Shown here one piece after another: positions 1 to 8,030 of a DNA stretch of 64,000 bases. A program made the translations under genes and the position numbers. The notes beneath the pieces are model-generated. The model was not told where the DNA came from. It saw nothing but the letters and a program-made list of their open reading frames with translations, and did no database searches. The first letter of the stretch is position 1. Each line of letters starts with the position of its first letter. The stretch is from Acidobacteriota bacterium (lineage in GTDB: Bacteria; Acidobacteriota; UBA6911; RPQK01; JAJDTT01): the NCBI GenBank assembly GCA_965263035.1, contig OZ253580.1, positions 800,001 through 864,000 on the forward strand, written 5' to 3'.

Positions 1-2
1 CC

Positions 3-530
3 ACGATCCTGGTCATGGGTGGGTCCGGAGATTATTTCGACGTGGCCGACTCGGTGGTGATGATGGACGAATATCGTCCGCTGGACGTCAGTGCCGAGGC
101 CCGATCCATCGTTGCGGCCCAGCCCAGCCGGCGCTGCCCGGAGGGGGGTGACCGCTTCGGGCGCGTGCTCCGGCGCCGTCCCCGCGCCCGCAGCTTCGAC
201 GCCAGCCGGGGCAGGCGGGCAGTCAAGATCGACGCCCGGGGATTGCGAAAACTCTCGTACGGCCGCGCCGACGTCGATCTGTCCGCCCTGGAACAACTGG
301 TGGATTCCTCACAGACCCGGGCCATCGGACTCGCCATACACCATATGGCGACACGTTACTTTGGGGACGACCTGACCCTGGAGCAGGCCCTCGACCGCCT
401 CATGGAAGACCTGGACGCCGGAGGACTGGAGATCCTGTCTCCGTTCAAGGTGGGCAATCTGGCCCGGCCCCGGCGCTACGAGGTGGCCATGGCCGTCAAC
501 CGGATGCGGACCCTCTCGGTCCGGGCCTGA
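3..530 (+). CDS. ABC-class ATPase domain protein (COG3044/PF09818-like), C-terminal part; 5' end lies outside the window
   Basis: Frame is open from the window start. TILVMGGSGDYFDVADSVVMMDEY, DLSALEQLVDSSQTRAI and LARPRRYEVAMAVNRMRTL are characteristic of this family's C-terminus. Confidence 0.8.
   Translation, partial: TILVMGGSGDYFDVADSVVMMDEYRPLDVSAEARSIVAAQPSRRCPEGGDRFGRVLRRRPRARSFDASRGRRAVKIDARGLRKLSYGRADVDLSALEQLVDSSQTRAIGLAIHHMATRYFGDDLTLEQALDRLMEDLDAGGLEILSPFKVGNLARPRRYEVAMAVNRMRTLSVRA
299..530 (+). repeat. 232-bp direct repeat, copy 1 (3' end of the ATPase gene)
   Basis: Manual alignment with 2198..2429 gives the same length and 9 mismatches, all between 371 and 459. Confidence 0.95.
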
Positions 531-683
531 CCGGCTCTCCCGTCGGTTCCCAGCCGGCGGAGTCACGGCATGAACTCGGACCTGGGCGCGCGTCTCTCCT
601 GCGGACGGGTCGGGTCGAGACTCACGGTCGTCCGGCCCGAATGATGCCTGTTCAATGTCCTGCCCCGCGGGGGATCGCGCGCG

Positions 684-759
684 CGGGGAATCGAGACTGT
701 CCCTTTCCTTCGGACAGAGGCCAGGACGGGATGCGCGCGTGTCCAGAAGGGGACAGTCT
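684..759. repeat. REP-like inverted pair upstream of the RAYT
   Basis: CGGGGAATCGAGACTGTCCCTTTCCTTC (684-711) faces GAAGGGGACAGTCT (746-759). The 28-mer recurs identically at 2144-2171. Confidence 0.75.
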
Positions 760-817
760 GTTTTTCTGGGCATGGTCAGTTTTTCTGGGCATGTGTTTTT
801 CCGGGCATGTTTTTCCG
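760..817 (+). repeat. Short imperfect tandem repeat abutting the REP-like motif
   Basis: GTTTTTC(T/C)GGGCATG three times, plus a partial unit. Confidence 0.8.
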
Positions 818-923
818 TTCTCTTGAGTTTCCTTCGCCTTTCTCAGATCCGAATCGTTGTTGTCATCAGAGGTGCGAACCCATCCCTGCTGAGTCCGAGT
901 CCGGTGAACCGAGGACCGTGGCC

Positions 924-1859
924 ATGGCCCGAACCGCACGACACAAGAGCTCAGAAGCCGCCTTCTATCACCTCACCAATCGAGTCACCGGCTGGACCGA
1001 TTGGTTCCCCTTTGAAAACCGCCAAGCCCGTCGCAAACTCCTGAACATGATGTTGTTCTACGTCAATGTCTACCGGTGTCGTTTGGCCGCTTTCCAGATC
1101 ATGGGCAATCACTTCCACTTCATCGTCCATTTTGAGAAGCCTCGCCTCTTGTCCCGCGAGGAGTTGTGGGAGAGCGCCCACAAACTTTATGGACGAAAAG
1201 CAGAGGTGACAACCGCCCGTTGGACCGACGCCCAATGGGCGGCTTTCAACCAGCGTCTATTTGACGTGTCCAAACTGATGGCGAACTTGGACGGGCAATA
1301 TGCCACGTGGTTCAACCACGAGTTTGCACGGCGAGGCCATTTTTGGGGTGATCGTTTCAAGAACCCGGAACTCCTGGGACGCCAAGCCGTCCAGGACGCC
1401 ATCCTCTACGTGGAACTCAATGCCGTCCGGGCCGGACTGGTCAAAAGGCCCGAGCAGTGGAAGTGGGGCTCGGCCCGCTGGCGACTCACCGGCAAGGACC
1501 AAGACCTGATTCCACTGGAGGAACTGTTCCCCTCGGATCCCGGAACGGACCTGTACAGCAGTTACCGGGCTCGCTTGTACTATCGAGGAGCCGTCCCCAC
1601 CCGGGAGGACCAGGCCGCGATCCCCCGGTGGATCCTCCATCAGGAGCAGCGACGTGGATTTATCCGTCCTGGAGCTTTTCGCCGGCGTTTGCGATTTCTG
1701 ACGGACGGATTGGCCGTCGGGCCGGCAGAGAAGGTGGCGCAGCTGCTGGAGACCTATCGGCAGCAAGGTCGATATCGACGTCGCCGACACCCCATCCCCC
1801 AACTGGGCGGAGTGCTGTTTTCCTTGCGGGAGCAGCGTTCGAACGCGTTTGTCACGTAG
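924..1859 (+). CDS. REP-associated tyrosine transposase (RAYT; Y1_Tnp, IS200/IS605 superfamily)
   Basis: YHLTNR, HUH motif IMGNHFH, GHFWGDRFK, catalytic Tyr in LYVELNAVRAGLV, and W-K-W-G-S. ATG 924 is preceded by GAGGA. Confidence 0.9.
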   Translation: MARTARHKSSEAAFYHLTNRVTGWTDWFPFENRQARRKLLNMMLFYVNVYRCRLAAFQIMGNHFHFIVHFEKPRLLSREELWESAHKLYGRKAEVTTARWTDAQWAAFNQRLFDVSKLMANLDGQYATWFNHEFARRGHFWGDRFKNPELLGRQAVQDAILYVELNAVRAGLVKRPEQWKWGSARWRLTGKDQDLIPLEELFPSDPGTDLYSSYRARLYYRGAVPTREDQAAIPRWILHQEQRRGFIRPGAFRRRLRFLTDGLAVGPAEKVAQLLETYRQQGRYRRRRHPIPQLGGVLFSLREQRSNAFVT

Positions 1860-2143
1860 ACTCGCCTGATCGCCGACCGTGGACTGTGCCACCGCGGCAC
1901 CGAACGACCCCGATCACGGGAACCACCCAATAGACTCTGGCCTTTCCCCATTTTTCTGACGGTTTGACGGTTCAGGAGAACAGGGGAATCGGGTTTGAAC
2001 AAGGACCGTGACGTGGCAGTCCAATCCCGGCGGCCCGGCCAAACAAAGCCTGCTTGATCCCATCCGCAATCGCGTAGAAACGGAACTCGGGAATGCCGTA
2101 GATTCGCTTCGCGGCCCGCTCGATGGGTTGGACCGTTCCCGTT

Positions 2144-2193
2144 CGGGGAATCGAGACTGTCCCTTTCCTTCTTGCTGCCTTTCCTTCTTGCTG
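2144..2193 (+). repeat. Second copy of the 28-bp REP-like motif, overlapping a 16-bp tandem duplication
   Basis: 2144-2171 is identical to 684-711. CCTTTCCTTCTTGCTG occurs at 2162-2177 and 2178-2193. Confidence 0.9.
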
Positions 2194-2197
2194 CGCC

Positions 2198-2429
2198 GGT
2201 GGATTCCTCACAGACCCGGGCCATCGGACTCGCCATACACCATATGGCGACACGTTACTTTGGGGACGATCTGACCCTGGAGCAGGCTCTCGCCCGGCTC
2301 ATGGATGATCTGGACGCCGGAGGGCTGGAGATCCTGTCTCCGTTCAAGGTGGGCAACTTGGCCCGGCCCCGGCGCTACGAGGTGGCCATGGCCGTCAACC
2401 GGATGCGGACCCTCTCGGTCCGGGCCTGA
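2198..2429 (+). pseudogene. Duplicated 3' fragment of the ATPase gene (direct repeat copy 2), with no start of its own
   Basis: Encodes VDSSQTRAIG...RTLSVRA*, about 96% identical to 299..530. It begins abruptly after the REP-like motif. Confidence 0.9.
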
Positions 2430-2440
2430 GCGCTGGAGAT

Positions 2441-5400
2441 TCAGAACAACAGCTTGAGGCCCAACTGGATGTGCCGGGGCTCGCCGGCGGAGAGGATCCG
2501 GCCGAAGGTGGGCGAGCCCAGGAACAGATCCGGGAGGTGCAGATTGGGCCGGTTCAGGAGGTTGAAGAATTCAGCCCGAAACTGAACCGTCGCCTCCTCG
2601 GATATCCTCGTGTCCCGCACCAGCGACAGGTCCACCGTCGCGTATCCGGGCCCTTCGAGAACGTTCCTTCCCGAGTTCCCGAAACTGCCAAAGGCAGGAA
2701 AGGCGAAGGCCCGGGTGTCGAACCACTGATTCGGACCGGGATTGGAGATCCCTCCGCTGCCAGTCCGGTGAGGCCGGTCGTTGGCGCCGAAACCCAGTAT
2801 CGACCGTCCCGTGTTGCTGTTGTCGATCTCCGGAAGCAGGGCCACGGTGAATGGATGCCCCGTCTGGAAGGTCAGGATCCCGAAGCTCTTCCAGTTTGCG
2901 AGGAGGCTGGAAAACCACCCCTGATTCCCCAGGAGGGACCGGCCCCGGCCGACGGGAATCTCCCAGGAATAGCTGACGGAGAGCCGATGGGTCAGGTCGA
3001 AGTTCGACCGCGCCCGCTCCGTCCCCACGTTCCAGCTGTCCTGGGGAAAGTTGGGGTCGCCGGTGCTGGAAAAGAAGCTGGAAGAGTCATCGATGGACTT
3101 GGCCCAACTGTAGGAGGCCAGCAGCGAAAACCCGGAACTCAGCCTGCGGTTGAACCTCGCCTGGAGCGAGTGGTAGCTGGAGTTCCCGCGGGATTCCAGC
3201 ATGTTGATGTCGTCGAACTGCGGAACCGGCCGGGGATTCGGCCACACGGGACTGGGACGAGGCTGGTTGAAATCGCGTGCCGTCAGCAGCTTGGTCCCCT
3301 TGGAACCGACGTAGCCCACCTCGATCATCTGCCGGCTTCCCAGTTCCCGCTGCAGATTCAGGCTCCAGTGCTGGCTGTAGGCCTGGGCCAGGTCCCGCTG
3401 GTAGAAGAGGACCGACGGGGGCAGTTGAAAGGGATAGTTCCTGGGGAAGGGGTCGTACAAGGTCAACGGCAGCCCGGGCAGCGGGAAGAAGAGATGGAAA
3501 TCGAAATACGGGGGATTGAAATACAACCCCTCACCCGGCGCCAGGGGCGACTGGTCGTAGAAAACTCCGTATCCGGTCCGGAGCACCGTGCGTCCGCCCC
3601 GGTCCAGTCCCCAGGCCAGGCCGAGCCGGGGAGCCCAGTTGTTCCGGTCGGGCAGGTAGCCGCCCCGAGGCACGCCGCCGGTTCCGACGGCGACCAGGGA
3701 CCCGCTCACCGGATCGTAGACGTTGGCCCGATCATCCTTGTCGACCGGTGGAGAGTTGTACTCGTAACGGACCCCCAGAGCCAGGGTCAGGTTGGGCCTC
3801 AACTTGAAATGGTCCTGGACGAAGAAGCTGTAGCTCCGGTTCCGCAGGTGCTGGGGATTGTCGAGCTGAGCTCCACCCGTCAGCGAGGGCAGGCCCAGCA
3901 GCAGATCGGCCAGGCCGTTCCCCGTGATTCCGGTCCGACCCACGAAGTTGAGAAAGCCGCGGGACTGGACGTCCCGGTAGGCGTCCTGACGGACCATCCG
4001 GGTCTCCGCGCCCAATTGCAATAGATGCTTGCCGCTGGCGTAGGTGGAATGATTCAGGAACTGAAAGGTGTCGGAAGCGCTGTGTTGGGGGTTGTTGTAC
4101 TCATCCCCCAGGGACGAAAAGCCGGAGACGGTGATGAAACTCATCCCCAGGTCCCGCGGACGGTCGGAAAGGTCGGGCAATCCCAGCTCGGAGTTGAGGC
4201 TCCGTCCCAGGTTCTCCTGGAATGCACCGGCCGCAACCCGATTGAAGGCAAAGCGCACCTGATTCAGGAAGCGGGAGGTGAAGACATGAGACTCGCTGAA
4301 GGCCAGGTTCTGGGCCCGCCTCGGGACGTCGGTTCCGTAGCCGGGCACGGCTGAGAAGAGAGGACCGGAAAAGGGATCGAAGAGGTCCCGGTCTCCGAAA
4401 CTGTAGCGCAGGGCCAGACTCGAGGACGGGCCCGCGGCGTGATCGATCCTCACGTCGAAATGGTCGTCCCGATCCCCCAGGGTGGGGGAGGAGACGAAGT
4501 TGGGACCCTGCCCGGACCGATTGGGCTGGGGGTAGAGCTGGGCGATGGCGTGGCCCGTGGGATGGATCCAGGGGGACGGGATCACATTCCCGGGAAACGG
4601 CTGGCGGGTCAACGGATTCACCGGCACCGGACCGGAGGAGCCGGAAAAATCGCCGGAGCGTTCGTCCAGGGTGGGAACCGTGGTGCCCCGGGTGATTCCC
4701 TGTCGAACGCGCCGGCCTTCGTAATCGGCAAAGAAGAACGTCCGGTTCCGGACCACGGGTCCTCCCAGCGAGAACCCGAACTGGCTTCGGCGATACTCCG
4801 GGTCAGGCCCCTGAGGCAGCGAGAAGTAGTTCCGGGCATCCAGCGCCGCGTTCCGGAAGAAACCGTAGACGGTGCCGTGGACCCGGTTGCCGCCCGACTT
4901 GGTCACCACGTTGATCTGACTGCCCACATTGCGTCCGAACGAGGCGTCATAGGTGCCCATGAGCACCTCGAACTCCCGAATGGCGTCGACGGGAGGATTG
5001 ACGCCGATGCCGTTGAGCTTGGGGTCTCCGTTGTAGACACCGTCCAGCAAGAAGCTGTTGGACGCTTCGCGCTGTCCGTTGATGTTCAGCGCGAAGTCCC
5101 CACGGACCGAACCGGCCGATCCGGGCGCCGACGGAGCGCTCCCCGGAAGCAGCAGGCTCAGCTCGAAGAAGTTCCTGCCGTCCAGCGGCAAGCCCGCGAT
5201 CTGCGAGTTCTCGATCACGCTCCCCAGCGCCAGCGAGTCTCGCTTGAGCCATCCCCGATTCTCCAGGACCAAGACCTCTTCGGTCAGTTCGCCGGGCTGC
5301 AATGTCACTCGAAGCTCCAACCGCTCGTTGACCCGCAGGGAGAACTTCTCCACATGCCTCTTGTAGCCGGCGTGGGAAAGTTCCAGACGGTAGGCCCCGG

Positions 5401-5635
5401 ACGGGAGAAGGGGGATCTGCAGATGGCCGTCCCCGTCGGCGACGCCGGTCCGCCGGCGGTTGGTCTCTTCCTGGATCAATTCGACAGCGGCGCCCGGCAG
5501 AGGGCCGGTTCCATCTTCGATCTGCAGCCTCAACGAGCCTTCAACGGTCTGGCCCCGCAACGGGCCGCCGGCGCAGAGCAAGAGAATCAGGATCAACTCG
5601 GTTCTGGGTTTCAGTCGCAAGGGCATGGACTCCAT
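2441..5635 (-). CDS. TonB-dependent receptor, Oar-like, with N-terminal carboxypeptidase-regulatory-like domain
   Basis: Signal peptide, LPLDGRNF, INVVTKSGGNRVHG, NNWAPRLGLAW, FGNSGRN, FRAEFFNLLN, and C-terminal RHIQLGLKLLF ending in Phe. Confidence 0.92.
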   Translation of the reverse strand: MESMPLRLKPRTELILILLLCAGGPLRGQTVEGSLRLQIEDGTGPLPGAAVELIQEETNRRRTGVADGDGHLQIPLLPSGAYRLELSHAGYKRHVEKFSLRVNERLELRVTLQPGELTEEVLVLENRGWLKRDSLALGSVIENSQIAGLPLDGRNFFELSLLLPGSAPSAPGSAGSVRGDFALNINGQREASNSFLLDGVYNGDPKLNGIGVNPPVDAIREFEVLMGTYDASFGRNVGSQINVVTKSGGNRVHGTVYGFFRNAALDARNYFSLPQGPDPEYRRSQFGFSLGGPVVRNRTFFFADYEGRRVRQGITRGTTVPTLDERSGDFSGSSGPVPVNPLTRQPFPGNVIPSPWIHPTGHAIAQLYPQPNRSGQGPNFVSSPTLGDRDDHFDVRIDHAAGPSSSLALRYSFGDRDLFDPFSGPLFSAVPGYGTDVPRRAQNLAFSESHVFTSRFLNQVRFAFNRVAAGAFQENLGRSLNSELGLPDLSDRPRDLGMSFITVSGFSSLGDEYNNPQHSASDTFQFLNHSTYASGKHLLQLGAETRMVRQDAYRDVQSRGFLNFVGRTGITGNGLADLLLGLPSLTGGAQLDNPQHLRNRSYSFFVQDHFKLRPNLTLALGVRYEYNSPPVDKDDRANVYDPVSGSLVAVGTGGVPRGGYLPDRNNWAPRLGLAWGLDRGGRTVLRTGYGVFYDQSPLAPGEGLYFNPPYFDFHLFFPLPGLPLTLYDPFPRNYPFQLPPSVLFYQRDLAQAYSQHWSLNLQRELGSRQMIEVGYVGSKGTKLLTARDFNQPRPSPVWPNPRPVPQFDDINMLESRGNSSYHSLQARFNRRLSSGFSLLASYSWAKSIDDSSSFFSSTGDPNFPQDSWNVGTERARSNFDLTHRLSVSYSWEIPVGRGRSLLGNQGWFSSLLANWKSFGILTFQTGHPFTVALLPEIDNSNTGRSILGFGANDRPHRTGSGGISNPGPNQWFDTRAFAFPAFGSFGNSGRNVLEGPGYATVDLSLVRDTRISEEATVQFRAEFFNLLNRPNLHLPDLFLGSPTFGRILSAGEPRHIQLGLKLLF

Positions 5636-5812
5636 CCAATATCTGGGTAGACGATCGAGGAGTGATGTTACCAGCCCGTCACCGAACTCTCCACGGCATT
5701 GGAATCACCGACATTTGGCGCCGGTGGTCCGGCGGCTGGAGATCCGGCACTCTTGATCCCGCCCGGAGGGACGACCCGCCCGGAGCGGCGAGTTTCACCA
5801 TAAATGGAGAAA

Positions 5813-5854
5813 AATGACCCAGAATTTACTATTGATAGAAAATTCTGGGTCATT
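5813..5854. promoter_or_regulatory. AT-rich near-perfect 42-bp palindrome in the divergent intergenic region (candidate operator or cruciform)
   Basis: AATGACCCAGAATTT-A-CTAT-TG-ATAG-A-AAATTCTGGGTCATT. The sequence is certain; its function is inferred. Confidence 0.5.
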
Positions 5855-6014
5855 GACGCGAAGACGACCGCCAAGGGGGCGCGACTCCGGGATCTCCCCG
5901 ACGTCCACTCCGGTTCCTTCGGTTCGGGATTCCGGATTGACGCAGGAATGATTGGCGTCCGCCGCTTCTTCCATGTCTTGCAGCAGGGACCGGCCCCGGC
6001 GTAACCTTCTTCCC

Positions 6015-8030
6015 ATGAGGGTCGTGTACATCACGGCGGGAGCCGCGGGCATGTACTGCGGCGCCTGCATTCGGGACAACACCCTGGCCTCCGACCTCCT
6101 GGCCCGGGGACACGACGTCGAGTTGGTTCCCCTTTACACTCCAACCGTCACCGACGAACCCAACGTGAGTCTCGGCACCACGTTCTTCGGTGGAGTCAAC
6201 GTCTACCTGCAGCAGCGGTTTCCCCTCTTCCGATCCACTCCCTGGTTCCTGGACCGGATCCTGGACTCGTCCTGGCTGCTGAACTCGGCGGGGCGCTGGG
6301 GCACTCAGACCGATCCCGGCGAACTGGGGGAGATCACCGTTTCGGTTCTCCGGGGGGCATCGGGCTTCCAGCACAAGGAGTTGGAGAAGCTCGTCAGTTG
6401 GCTCCGAACTCGGCGCCGGCCGGATCTGGTACACCTGGGGAACAGTCTTCTCAGCGGTCTGGCCCCTGCCTTGAAGCAGGCACTGTCCTGCCCCGTCTGT
6501 TGCACCCTCCAGGGAGAGGACCTGTTCCTGGAAGCGCTGAAGGAACCCTACCGGTCTCAGGCCCGGGAGAGAATCCGCGCCAATGCCGAGTTCATCGATC
6601 AGTTCCACGCCGTGAGCCGTTACCACGGACGAGTGATGCAAGACTATCTGAGCATCCCCGGCTCCAAGGTCGGCGTGATTCCCTTGGGCATCCACGTCGA
6701 CGACTTTCCGCCCCGCAGCCCCGATCCCTCCCGCCCCTTCACCGTGGGATACCTGGCCCGGATCGCGCCCGAGAAGGGGTTGCACCTGCTCTGCGAAGCC
6801 TATCGCGGCGTGGCCCGCGAATTGGGTCCGGGAAAGACGCGCCTCCTGGTCGCGGGCGATCCGGCCACCGATCATTCCGGTTACCTGCGTGGGATCAGGA
6901 AGAGAATGCGCCGCTGGGGCCTGGAGGACTCCTTCCAGTACCGGGGCTGTCTGAGCCGTGCGGAAAAGATCGGCTTCCTCAAGGAACTGGACGTGCTTTC
7001 GGTGCCCACCTGCTACGACGAGCCCAAAGGACTCTACACGCTGGAGGCTCAGGCCTGCGGCGTTCCCGTGGTTCAGCCGCGGCGGGGCGTCTTCCCGGAG
7101 ATCATCGCCGCCACCGGCGGCGGTCTGCTGGTGGAACCGGACGACGCCGCTGCCCTGACCCGGGGGATTCTGGATCTTCACCGCGATCCGGAACGGGCCG
7201 CGGAGTTGGGCCGCCGCGGACGGGAAGGCGTGCGGGAGCATTACGACGCGAGAAAAATGGCAGACGCCACGCTGCAGTCCTATGAGCGCCTGGCCAGCCC
7301 GTCCGGATCCCCCCAAACTCCTTCCGAGAGCGCCGGCTCTCCCCGGAGACCGGGCGACCTGCAGGTCCGTGGCCTGAGCAAGGACTACGCCACACCCCGG
7401 GGCACGCTGCCGGTTCTCTCCGGCGTGTCGTTGTCCCTGTCCCGGGGAGACGCGGTGTCGATCGTCGGACCCTCCGGGAGCGGCAAGAGCACGCTGCTCC
7501 ATATTCTGGGAGCACTGGAGCCACCCACGGCCGGCACCGTCCGGCTGGAGGGACAGAATCCGTTCGAGCTGGAGCCCCGGGAGCTGGCGTATTTCAGGAA
7601 CCGGCAGGTGGGTTTCGTCTTCCAGGACCACTGCCTCCTTCCCCAATGCTCCGTCCTGGAGAACGTCTTGATTCCGACCCTGGTCGCCCGCTCCCGGTCA
7701 AACGGCGGGGACCAAGCGCGGAAGGCCCGCAGCCTGCTGGAACGGGTGGGTCTCGGCGATCGTCTCGAGCACCGGCCCTGGGAGCTTTCGGGCGGGGAGA
7801 AACAGCGTGCGGCCCTGGCTCGAGCCTTGATCCTGGATCCTCTTCTGCTGCTCTGCGACGAGCCCACCGGCAATCTGGACCGCCGGTCGGCCGAAGCCGT
7901 CAGCGAACTCTTGCTGGAGCTGCACCGGCGCCGGCGCACGATTCTCATGGTGGTCACCCACAATCTGGAGCTGGCGGCCAGGTTTCCCAGCCGCTATGAG
8001 CTCCGCGAATGCCGGCTCCACCCGCGATGA
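6015..8030 (+). CDS. Fusion of a GT4-family glycosyltransferase and a LolD/MacB-type ABC ATP-binding domain
   Basis: GT-B motifs GYLARIAPEKG and EPKGLYTLEAQACGVPVV, then a Ser/Pro linker, then Walker A GPSGSGKS, LSGGEKQR, LLCDEPTGNLD and VTH. Start taken at MRVVYITAG. Confidence 0.85.
   Translation: MRVVYITAGAAGMYCGACIRDNTLASDLLARGHDVELVPLYTPTVTDEPNVSLGTTFFGGVNVYLQQRFPLFRSTPWFLDRILDSSWLLNSAGRWGTQTDPGELGEITVSVLRGASGFQHKELEKLVSWLRTRRRPDLVHLGNSLLSGLAPALKQALSCPVCCTLQGEDLFLEALKEPYRSQARERIRANAEFIDQFHAVSRYHGRVMQDYLSIPGSKVGVIPLGIHVDDFPPRSPDPSRPFTVGYLARIAPEKGLHLLCEAYRGVARELGPGKTRLLVAGDPATDHSGYLRGIRKRMRRWGLEDSFQYRGCLSRAEKIGFLKELDVLSVPTCYDEPKGLYTLEAQACGVPVVQPRRGVFPEIIAATGGGLLVEPDDAAALTRGILDLHRDPERAAELGRRGREGVREHYDARKMADATLQSYERLASPSGSPQTPSESAGSPRRPGDLQVRGLSKDYATPRGTLPVLSGVSLSLSRGDAVSIVGPSGSGKSTLLHILGALEPPTAGTVRLEGQNPFELEPRELAYFRNRQVGFVFQDHCLLPQCSVLENVLIPTLVARSRSNGGDQARKARSLLERVGLGDRLEHRPWELSGGEKQRAALARALILDPLLLLCDEPTGNLDRRSAEAVSELLLELHRRRRTILMVVTHNLELAARFPSRYELRECRLHPR

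Noticed and set aside
299-2429. Diversity-generating retroelement (template/variable repeat pair)
   Set aside because: The mismatches are not adenine-specific and are mostly synonymous, and there is no reverse transcriptase in the window.
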